A model generated the notes under the pieces. The model had not been told where the DNA came from. It did no database searches and saw nothing but the letters and a program-made list of their open reading frames with translations. This document shows, piece by piece, positions 1 to 7,441 of a stretch of DNA of 64,000 bases. The stretch lies in assembly GCA_030408475.1 (NCBI GenBank), contig JAUHQG010000010.1, positions 4,200 to 68,199 on the forward strand, given 5' to 3'. This DNA is from Candidatus Amphrikana amoebophyrae (GTDB lineage Bacteria; Chlamydiota; Chlamydiia; Chlamydiales; JACRBE01). A program made the translations under genes and the position numbers. How positions within the stretch are numbered: position 1 is the stretch's first letter; each line of letters begins with the position of its first letter.

Positions 1-853
1 TAGGACCGCTTGAAGGCTCCATTCCTGCCGAAAATACAATAGTAAAAATTGATATGCCGGCTAATATTGAAACAAACAAAATAGAAGAGACAATGGGGAT
101 TCCAATTGTAATAAGGTTTTCTCTTCGAGTTAAGTAGCTACCATATGTAACCATAGTCCCTTGACCTAAACTAAGGCCGAAAAAAGCTTGCCCAAGAGCC
201 ATTACAATGACAGCAGGGGTAATTAAACTGAGATCTACTTTAAATAAAAACTCAAGTCCTTTGCTAGCGCCAGGTAAATTCAACCCTTTAATCGTCAATA
301 TAACAAGCAAAACCATTAACATAGGCATCAATACTTTGTTCCAAGATTCAATCCCTTTTTGAACGCCTAGATATAAAATTGCGCCGCTCATTAGCATAAA
401 AGTGAAGTGCCAGCCTACCGTCCAAAATGGGGACATGGTAAGTTTGTCATAATAGTTAGCAGACTCAACTCCGGAGGCAAAATGGGTTAAATTACCCATC
501 AAAGCTTCAACAAAATACCCAAGAGTAATCCCAACGATAACGCTATAAAAAGTGCTGACAAAAAAACCGGTAAGAATGGTCAATTTACCACCTGACTTCC
601 ACCATTTGTTCTCCCCTAACTCTTTAAATGCGCCTGAGGGGCTAGTATGAGTTTTGCGCCCAATTGTAAGCTCTGCAATAAAAACAGGTAAACTGATAAC
701 TAAAAGGCAAATCAGAAAGACTAAAACAAAAGCTGCGCCACCTGATTCACCTACTATATAAGGGAAGCGCCAAATACTACCCAGTCCAACTGCTGAGCCA
801 ATAGCCGCCCAAATAAAACCAATTTTTGATTTCCACTGTTCTCTACTTTTCAT
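1..853 (-). CDS. Sodium-dependent transporter, neurotransmitter:sodium symporter (NSS/SNF) family; 3' part runs off the window
   Basis: Absent from the ORF track because no stop lies inside the window. My reverse-complement translation from ATG at 853-851 reads MKSREQWKSKIGFIWAAIGSAVGLGSIWRFPYIVGESGGAAFVLVFL... This contains the NSS N-terminal signature (GSAVGLGxIWRFPY). The frame stays open to position 1 and is hydrophobic throughout. Confidence 0.75.
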   Translation of the reverse strand, partial: MKSREQWKSKIGFIWAAIGSAVGLGSIWRFPYIVGESGGAAFVLVFLICLLVISLPVFIAELTIGRKTHTSPSGAFKELGENKWWKSGGKLTILTGFFVSTFYSVIVGITLGYFVEALMGNLTHFASGVESANYYDKLTMSPFWTVGWHFTFMLMSGAILYLGVQKGIESWNKVLMPMLMVLLVILTIKGLNLPGASKGLEFLFKVDLSLITPAVIVMALGQAFFGLSLGQGTMVTYGSYLTRRENLITIGIPIVSSILFVSILAGISIFTIVFSAGMEPSSGP

Positions 854-864
854 TTCGCATACAT

Positions 865-875
865 TGTGTTATATT
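865..875 (+). promoter_or_regulatory. Putative extended -10 promoter element (TGTG-t-TATATT) for umuD-umuC
   Basis: TGTGTTATATT at 865-875, with the hexamer ending 26 nt before the umuD ATG (902). AGGA at 892-895 could serve as the RBS. The same TGTGTTA heptamer recurs upstream of other genes here (39735-39745 minus, 46750, 55149). Sequence-only prediction. Confidence 0.35.
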
Positions 876-901
876 GAGAAAATTATACTACAGGATTCTC
901 A

Positions 902-1345
902 ATGAAGCAAGCGAAACCACTTAAATTTTTAACACTTAATGAGTGTGAACCCACAGAAATCGAAGTGCCACTTGTTTCATCTCTTATTAAAGCGGGATTT
1001 CCCTCAGCCGCTGAAGATGAATTTGAGGCCAAACTTGATCTTAATGCTCACCTTGTTCAGCACCCTGCAGCTACATTTTTTATAAAAGTGAGTGGCACTT
1101 CAATGGAAGATGCCAATATTTTTGACGAAGACCTTCTTATAGTTGATCGCTCTTTAGAGCCTCGAGACGGTAAAATTATTGTGGCTCGAATTGGATCAGA
1201 ATTTACAGTAAAACGACTTCGAATCAAAAAAAATAGAGTTATTTTACAAGCAGAGAACCCGAAATTCAAATCCATTGAAGTGAATGACTCTTCAGAATTT
1301 GAAGTGTGGGGCGTAGTGACTCATATTATTCACAAGGCGAAATAA
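902..1345 (+). CDS. umuD: UmuD-like SOS mutagenesis protein (S24 LexA/UmuD peptidase)
   Basis: 147 aa. By-eye match to E. coli UmuD blocks: AGFPSAAEDE (cleavage-site region, cf CGFPSPAADY), HPAATFFIKVSGTSM (Ser nucleophile), LLIVD, GSEFTVKRL (Lys), VWGVVTHII. The stop lies 2 nt before the umuC ATG. Confidence 0.8.
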   Translation: MKQAKPLKFLTLNECEPTEIEVPLVSSLIKAGFPSAAEDEFEAKLDLNAHLVQHPAATFFIKVSGTSMEDANIFDEDLLIVDRSLEPRDGKIIVARIGSEFTVKRLRIKKNRVILQAENPKFKSIEVNDSSEFEVWGVVTHIIHKAK

Positions 1346-1347
1346 CC

Positions 1348-2595
1348 ATGTTTGCCTTAATCGATTGTAACAATTTTTTTGTCTCTTGTGAACGTGTGTT
1401 TAACCCCAAATTAATTGGCAAACCGGTTGTTGTTTTATCCAATAATGATGGATGCGCCATAGCGCGATCCAATGAAGCTAAAGAAGTTGGAGTTAAAATG
1501 GGCGACCCCCTCTTCAAGTTCAAAGAATTGAAGCTACGTCACGATATCACTACACTTTCATCAAATTTTTCTTTATATGCAGATATGTCTCAAAGAGTTT
1601 TTCAAACGCTACAAACATTTGGCTTTCCAATTGAAGTGTACTCTATTGATGAAGCCTTTTTACTTTTGCCTTCCGATTTTGGAGAAGATTTACAAGTTTT
1701 AGCAATTGAGATCCGTCAAAAAGTTGAAAAGTGGACCGGCATACCTGTTTCTGTTGGGATAGCCAAAACCAAAACTTTAACCAAAGTGGCTAACCACTAT
1801 GTTAAACGAACCCCCAACATGAAAGGAACGTTTGTTTTAGATAGCCCTGAAAAATGGCTAACTAACTTTGAAGTGAGCAACATATGGGGCATTGGACGAA
1901 AATATAGTGAAAAACTAAATGGAATGGGAATTAGATATGCCCACCAGCTTATTAAGCAAGATGATCTTTGGATTAAAAAGCAACTTACGGCGCTAGGACT
2001 TCAAACGGTGTATGAGCTTCGCGGCCAATCGTGTCACAGCCTCAACATTGAACCTGAAACTCGCAAATCTTTTTTATGCTCCAGAAGTTTAAAAATCCCT
2101 ACAGCAAAAGAAGATCTACTTCGCTCTAAGGCGGCCCATTTTATAGCGAAACTATGCGCTAAGTTGAGAAAACATAAACTAAAAGCTTCTTATATTACAT
2201 TGTTTATGAGCTCATCGAGATTTGAAAAGGAGAAAAGCATATCTCTTTCAACTTATCGCTTATTAAATGAAGCATCGAATTATACCCCTATCTTTTTGCA
2301 ATGGGTAGACCAAATGTTCACAGAAATCCATAACCCCAGAATTCTCTATAAGAGAATAGGTGTCATGGTGGCTGAAATTTCCTCCAATAGCGCCCATCAA
2401 CTCTCATTTAATGGCAGCACAAAAGAAAATCCCGCTCTCATGAAAATAGTTGATCAAATCAATAATCGTTATGAACGCGGATCTATCCATTTTGCATCGG
2501 AAGGAGTAACACCTTCTCTCAGATCTTCGCAAGAAAACCTAAGTTCAAAATTCACTACCGATTGGAATGAATTATTAACTATTAACCTCGACTAA
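1348..2595 (+). CDS. umuC: UmuC, Y-family translesion DNA polymerase V catalytic subunit
   Basis: ATG at 1348 gives MFALIDCNNFFVSCERVFNPKL..VVVLSNNDGCAIARS..., the typical UmuC/Y-family N-terminus, plus the YSIDEAFL motif. The ORF-track start at 1306 overlaps umuD and has no support. Confidence 0.85.
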   Translation: MFALIDCNNFFVSCERVFNPKLIGKPVVVLSNNDGCAIARSNEAKEVGVKMGDPLFKFKELKLRHDITTLSSNFSLYADMSQRVFQTLQTFGFPIEVYSIDEAFLLLPSDFGEDLQVLAIEIRQKVEKWTGIPVSVGIAKTKTLTKVANHYVKRTPNMKGTFVLDSPEKWLTNFEVSNIWGIGRKYSEKLNGMGIRYAHQLIKQDDLWIKKQLTALGLQTVYELRGQSCHSLNIEPETRKSFLCSRSLKIPTAKEDLLRSKAAHFIAKLCAKLRKHKLKASYITLFMSSSRFEKEKSISLSTYRLLNEASNYTPIFLQWVDQMFTEIHNPRILYKRIGVMVAEISSNSAHQLSFNGSTKENPALMKIVDQINNRYERGSIHFASEGVTPSLRSSQENLSSKFTTDWNELLTINLD

Positions 2596-3119
2596 AAATT
2601 TAATGCGAAAAAGATGGATGACGTGGGCAATTTTTGAAATCAGCTGATTACACACAACTTGGGTTGTTAGTTAAATTGGTGTGTTGCACATATTATGAAA
2701 CTAAAATTGTTTGTAGTTATTATTTTATTCGCTTTCCACCCTTTTATTGAACCATTAGATCAAAAGATATTACCTGTACCTATGGCTACGATCTTTCTAA
2801 ATCTCTCGTAGAAAAACAACTTCCCCATCTTGCAATAGCCATTGAGCTCACACCATCCTCTTTACCAAAATCGATTGACTCTCAAACAAGCCATGGCAAT
2901 CATCGAAAAGAATTAAGCTGGATACGATCCGGTCAACTCACCTCTCAATTATGACAACATGGGACAATTAACCACCCTGGGAAATAAAATCATCAAATGG
3001 GATCACCACGGGGTTAGTTTTTTGACGAACAAATATTACCTGCAATTTTTTTCTTTTTATAAAATTTTATGTTTCGCAAGTTTTGCCATTTTTCAAAGAA
3101 AAATGTCTTCAACTAACGC

Positions 3120-3154
3120 GAGAGGGCAAAACGCGGGCTGCATTTTGCCCTCTC
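3120..3154. repeat. Perfect 12-bp inverted repeat (GAGAGGGCAAAA / TTTTGCCCTCTC) with 11-nt loop in non-coding DNA
   Basis: Read directly: gagagggcaaaa cgcgggctgca ttttgccctctc. It is GC-rich relative to the surrounding AT-rich spacer. No U-tract follows on either strand. Confidence 0.6.
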
Positions 3155-3305
3155 TTAAGCTTGAAATTAGATCCGAAGGATCGAATATAATATACATCAT
3201 AGTAATATAAAAAATCTCTTTAATTTAATTAATTTCACTTTTCTTACTAATTGACTTAAAATAACTGACCAAGGTAATATATGTAGCTATCATTTGGAGA
3301 ATAAA

Positions 3306-3953
3306 ATGAAAAAAAGTCTAATTGGATTTGCGTTATTACTATTAACTGCCTGTGGAACTATTCACAATTTGCAATATACTCCGCGCGACCGTGTTCACCA
3401 AGTCATAGACTCCCACCAGTCTACAGTATATATCAATGTAACAGATTCACGAGATGACGAAGATTCTATTGGTAGATATAATGACATAGCTACCGATGGC
3501 ACCTATCTAGGTCAAAAGACAATCACTTCACAAACAAATGTCGCTGAACTTCTTCAAGATTCACTTGAATTAGAACTTCGACACTCTGGATACTCTTTAA
3601 CAAATCCTACACTGGCTCAAATGATTGTTGAAGTAGAATTAAAGAAATTTTTCTTTGATGGCTTTAAATCTGGAAATAAAAATCTTGGTGGAGAAGTACT
3701 CTACATAGTCAAAGTTACTCCAAATGGCGAATCTACCCCTCTATTCACTAAAAAAGTGAAATGCAAGGGAACTTGGGTAAAAGGATGGTTTTCAATCGAA
3801 ACTCCAATAGTCGAATCGTTGGAAAGAGGATTAGATGAATCTATCAAACAACTCATGAATGATGAAAAATTTCTTTCAGCATTGATGAACAAAAAATGCC
3901 AAACTGTTGAATTTCAAGAAGACTCTTTCTTCTATGGCGCTCCAACTGAGTAA
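3306..3953 (+). CDS. Putative lipoprotein (possibly YajG-like), function unknown
   Basis: ATG at 3306 is preceded by GGAGA (3296-3300). N-terminus MKKSLIGFALLLLTACGT gives a signal peptide plus lipobox LLTAC. The ORF-track TTG start at 3294 would overlap the RBS. Confidence 0.55.
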   Translation: MKKSLIGFALLLLTACGTIHNLQYTPRDRVHQVIDSHQSTVYINVTDSRDDEDSIGRYNDIATDGTYLGQKTITSQTNVAELLQDSLELELRHSGYSLTNPTLAQMIVEVELKKFFFDGFKSGNKNLGGEVLYIVKVTPNGESTPLFTKKVKCKGTWVKGWFSIETPIVESLERGLDESIKQLMNDEKFLSALMNKKCQTVEFQEDSFFYGAPTE

Positions 3954-4004
3954 AATTTCGAAGGGCTCTATAAGAGTGTTTAGGAAATAGGCATTTTAGA
4001 TGAA

Positions 4005-4040
4005 CATCGCCTTTTTGTGATCTTTTGCGAAAAGGCGATG
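4005..4040 (+). terminator. Hairpin downstream of the lipoprotein gene (weak intrinsic-terminator candidate)
   Basis: Perfect 11-bp stem CATCGCCTTTT / AAAAGGCGATG with a 14-nt loop, 52 nt after the stop at 3953. No clean U-tract follows the stem. Confidence 0.3.
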
Positions 4041-4143
4041 CTCGACTCGACAAACTTGTTTCTTAACAGGCACTCTATCAAACTAAACTGAGCCCAACAT
4101 AATATACATCAACTAATATCAAAATTTTAAATCAAATTCCACA

Positions 4144-4172
4144 TTGACATCGATTGATTTTTCTTCTAATAT
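4144..4172 (+). promoter_or_regulatory. Sigma-70-type promoter: TTGACA - 17 nt - TAATAT
   Basis: TTGACA at 4144-4149, a 17-nt spacer, then TAATAT at 4167-4172. This lies 25 nt upstream of the GTG start at 4197, which is preceded by AGGAG (4186-4190). Confidence 0.55.
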
Positions 4173-4196
4173 TCCTATGAAATTTAGGAGATAACC

Positions 4197-5612
4197 GTGA
4201 CAAAAAAAACGAAGAGCTTGAATATTCTCTTGCTCACCATGATCAACATTGCCACCGTTTTGAGTATTCGAAACTGGCCCCTTACTGCCGAATTTGGCTT
4301 CACTGCTATTTTTTACATCATAGCGGCTGCCGTTTTGTTTTTATTACCTGTATCTTTCGTAGCAGCAGAACTCGCTACTGGTTGGCCTAAAAAGGGTGGT
4401 ATTTTTGTTTGGGTAAAAGAAGCAATGGGACACCGATGGGGCTTTTTAGCCGTTTGGCTTCTTTGGGTTGAAAATGTCATCTACTATCCCCTCTTATTAT
4501 CATTTGTTGCGGGTACATTGGCCACTTTAATCATGCCATCTCTCGCTGACAATGCCTTTTTCACTTTCACCACTATTATTGTTTCATTTTGGATTTTCAC
4601 CCTTTTAAATCTTCGTGGCATGAAACTCTCCGGTTGGATTAGCACTGTTGGCGTCGTTATAGGAACACTCATTCCAGGAATAGTCATTATCGCCTTAGGA
4701 ACTATCTGGTTCTTCTCTTCAAATCCTATTCAAGTAGATACCGGTTGGAGTAATATCTTACCAAAAGGGCCCATATTAGATGAGCTCATTTTCATCACAG
4801 GAATTATCTTTGCTTTTTGTGGTATGGAAATGCCTGCTGTTCACGCTAATGATGTAGAAAATCCTCAAAAAAACTTCCCTCGATCTATCTTTATTTCAGC
4901 AACTGTCATTGTAGTCTTATCGATTTTAGGATCGCTTTCTATTGCTTTTATCATCCCTCACAATGAAATTAGTCTCACTGCTGGAGCCATGGCAACTATT
5001 TATCGCGTACTAACTAGCTACAATCTTTCGTTTTTAATTCCTGTAATCGCTATCATGATTATGCTCGGAGCCCTAGGAACATTGAGCACTTGGATTGTCG
5101 GCCCTTGCCGAGGACTCCTAGCCGCTGCTGAAAATGGTGACTTCCCTCCTATTTTCCATAAAGAAAATAAGTTCGGCATGCCAATAGTCATGATGATCGG
5201 TCAAGCTATCATCGTCACTTTCTTAGCCCTTGCCTTCTTCATTTTCCCCACTGTTGGTACTTCATTCCTCGCCCTAGTCGCAATGGCGTCGCAGCTCTAC
5301 TTATTAATGTACATGCTCATGTTTGTTTCAGCTATAGTATTGCGCTACAAAAAACCAAATGTACAAAGAGCTTACCGAATTCCTGGTAAAAACATTGGTA
5401 TGTGGGTAGTAGCTGGCATTGGTCTTATCACTTCAATTACTGTTTTTGCTATTGGATTTATACCACCACCAGAACTAGACCCAAGCAAAATCGTCTATTA
5501 TGAGATTTTCTTGCTTTTGGGAATGGTTGTTTTTTGCCTTATACCTTTTTTGATTCTGAAGTTCAAAAAACCATCTTGGGCTCTTAACAAATCAACCATA
5601 AAGAACAGTTGA
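4197..5612 (+). CDS. APC-family amino-acid antiporter, GadC-like (glutamate/GABA antiporter family)
   Basis: GTG start 6 nt after AGGAG. Blocks alignable by eye to E. coli GadC: GWPKKGGIFVWVKEAMGHRWGF, GMEMPAVHANDVENPQKNFP, STWIVGPCRGLL, FGMP, RAYRIPG. About 12 hydrophobic segments. Confidence 0.7.
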   Translation: MTKKTKSLNILLLTMINIATVLSIRNWPLTAEFGFTAIFYIIAAAVLFLLPVSFVAAELATGWPKKGGIFVWVKEAMGHRWGFLAVWLLWVENVIYYPLLLSFVAGTLATLIMPSLADNAFFTFTTIIVSFWIFTLLNLRGMKLSGWISTVGVVIGTLIPGIVIIALGTIWFFSSNPIQVDTGWSNILPKGPILDELIFITGIIFAFCGMEMPAVHANDVENPQKNFPRSIFISATVIVVLSILGSLSIAFIIPHNEISLTAGAMATIYRVLTSYNLSFLIPVIAIMIMLGALGTLSTWIVGPCRGLLAAAENGDFPPIFHKENKFGMPIVMMIGQAIIVTFLALAFFIFPTVGTSFLALVAMASQLYLLMYMLMFVSAIVLRYKKPNVQRAYRIPGKNIGMWVVAGIGLITSITVFAIGFIPPPELDPSKIVYYEIFLLLGMVVFCLIPFLILKFKKPSWALNKSTIKNS

Positions 5613-6599
5613 TGCGATAAGAAAGTAAATAGTGGTTGTTAAAACATCGGCAAACATTAATACAACAGGACCCGCTGCTACTTTTGGATCAAGCCTTCTC
5701 TTATGCAACGCATAAGGAATAGCTGCCCCAAGAGTGGCACTAAGTATTATTGAGATAAAAATGCCACTTGAAATAATAACCGCTGGCTTAAAACCATCAC
5801 CCCAAAATATAGAAACCGAACCCACTACTACAGAACTTGTCAAAGCCAATAAGGCGTATAATTTACACTGTTTAAATATCGATTTAAAACTAAGCTTCAT
5901 ATTACTTTGAGAAAGTCCTTGAGACATCGCCTGCATAGAAATAGACTCAGATAGTGATAAAACTAACGGAATAAACATCGCTAAAATAATAACTTGTTGT
6001 AACACATGCTCAAATATTCGAGAAATGGCCGCACAAGAAAGCCCTCCAATAATAGTACAAAATATCCATGGCATACGCGTTTTATAAGTATGAAGCGTGC
6101 TAAATGGTCGCCCCTCCTCAATAATAACACCAAGCATTTGAAAAATTTGCAATCTTTTCTTAGCATGTGCAACATCTACAGATTCCTCAATATACACGCT
6201 TACGTCAATACTACCGACAAGCTTATTATGACTATCCACAACAGGCAACGCTAACAATCTTTGAGTTTCCATTAACTCCATAGCCTCTTGCACTGTTTGC
6301 TCCTCATTAAGCGTAATGACATGAGGCTCCGTAATATGCGATACAACCGTATCAGATTTTTTCAATAAAAGACTTCGAGTTGAAACCAAACCCTTTAATT
6401 TGTTCTCTTTATCTACAACATAGAAATAAAGTACTTTTTCACAAATGTCTTTTTCGCGTAAAATAGTTATTGCTTCGTCAATTGTTTGATCTTCAAAAAC
6501 AACCGTTTTGACTGGTGTCATACAAGTGTTTACTTTACGATCAAGATGTCCATGGGTCATTGGCAGGTAATCCGGGTTAATTTGTAACTCTATTAACAT
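5592..6599 (-). CDS. MgtE-like divalent-cation channel (CBS pair + MgtE membrane domain, no N-domain)
   Basis: Two CBS-like repeats (MTPVKTVVFEDQTIDEAITIL.., ITEPHVITLNEEQTVQEAMELM..LLALPVVD), followed by a hydrophobic MgtE-type C-terminal domain (..GPVVLMFADVLTTTIYF). Shorter than canonical MgtE. Confidence 0.65.
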   Translation of the reverse strand: MLIELQINPDYLPMTHGHLDRKVNTCMTPVKTVVFEDQTIDEAITILREKDICEKVLYFYVVDKENKLKGLVSTRSLLLKKSDTVVSHITEPHVITLNEEQTVQEAMELMETQRLLALPVVDSHNKLVGSIDVSVYIEESVDVAHAKKRLQIFQMLGVIIEEGRPFSTLHTYKTRMPWIFCTIIGGLSCAAISRIFEHVLQQVIILAMFIPLVLSLSESISMQAMSQGLSQSNMKLSFKSIFKQCKLYALLALTSSVVVGSVSIFWGDGFKPAVIISSGIFISIILSATLGAAIPYALHKRRLDPKVAAGPVVLMFADVLTTTIYFLIASTVLYG

Positions 6600-6610
6600 A
6601 TAGGAATTTT

Positions 6611-7384
6611 ATGAATAAAAAGAAAGCACCTAATAAAGAGACTTCATGGCAAGGGGTTGCTAAATGGTATGATCAATACTTAACTGACGATGGTCACTAC
6701 TTCCATCGAGAAATTATTTTGCCTAAACTAGAAAAGATATTAAAATTTAAACAAGGAAATTCTTTACTAGATGTCGGTTGCGGTCAAGGAATATTAAGCC
6801 GAACGCTCCCCAAGGGGATTAAATACCTTGGCCTTGATAGCTCTAAAACTCTCATAAAACTGGCTCAAGATAGAACCAAAATTAAAGAGCACCAATTTAT
6901 GGTGGCTGATGCTACTAAAGATTTTAATTTAGAGCAAAAGTTTAGCCACGCTGCTATTATTTTAGCTCTTCAAAATATGAAAGACCCAGCAAAAGTAATA
7001 AAACAAATTTCACTGCATTTAAACCCTAAGGGAAAACTTATTATTGTCTTGAACCACCCTTGCTTTCGTATCCCAAGGCAGTCTAGCTGGGAGTTTGATG
7101 AAGGAAAAAAATTACAATATAGAAGAGTAGATCGCTACATGGGAAGCATGGAAATCCCCATCCAAATGACCCCCTCTCTTGGCTCAAAATCCCCTCTTAC
7201 TTATTCGTTTCACCACTCATTAAGTGACTACTCAACTATGTTAAAAAAAGGGGGACTATCTATACTCGAAATGCACGAGTGGTGCAGTGAAAAATTAAGC
7301 GAAGGGAAGAGGGCTAAAGCTGAAAATAGATGTCGAAAAGAGTTCCCGATGTTTCTTTGCTTTGTTTGTGAAAGAGTTGGATAA
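6611..7384 (+). CDS. Class I SAM-dependent methyltransferase
   Basis: Motif I LLDVGCGQGILS, with motif post-I/II spacing typical of a Rossmann-fold methyltransferase. The substrate is unknown. Confidence 0.65.
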   Translation: MNKKKAPNKETSWQGVAKWYDQYLTDDGHYFHREIILPKLEKILKFKQGNSLLDVGCGQGILSRTLPKGIKYLGLDSSKTLIKLAQDRTKIKEHQFMVADATKDFNLEQKFSHAAIILALQNMKDPAKVIKQISLHLNPKGKLIIVLNHPCFRIPRQSSWEFDEGKKLQYRRVDRYMGSMEIPIQMTPSLGSKSPLTYSFHHSLSDYSTMLKKGGLSILEMHEWCSEKLSEGKRAKAENRCRKEFPMFLCFVCERVG

Positions 7385-7441
7385 AATTCTTACGATAATG
7401 ATATGATGGCTATTTCAACTGAATAATGGTTTTTTTAATAT

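Noticed and set aside
854-901. Search for a LexA/SOS box upstream of umuD
   Set aside because: No CTGT-N8-ACAG or similar palindrome is present. Only an extended -10-like TGTGTTATATT was found, so no SOS operator is claimed.
2959-3210. 83-aa ORF in the ORF track
   Set aside because: Low-complexity, Phe/Ile/Lys-rich sequence in an AT-rich spacer with no RBS. It contains the 12-bp hairpin. It is better explained as a non-coding region or pseudogene fragment.
7385-7441. glmS ribozyme or riboswitch upstream of glmS
   Set aside because: Only 57 nt of AT-rich spacer is available, with no conserved structure. That is too short for the ribozyme.
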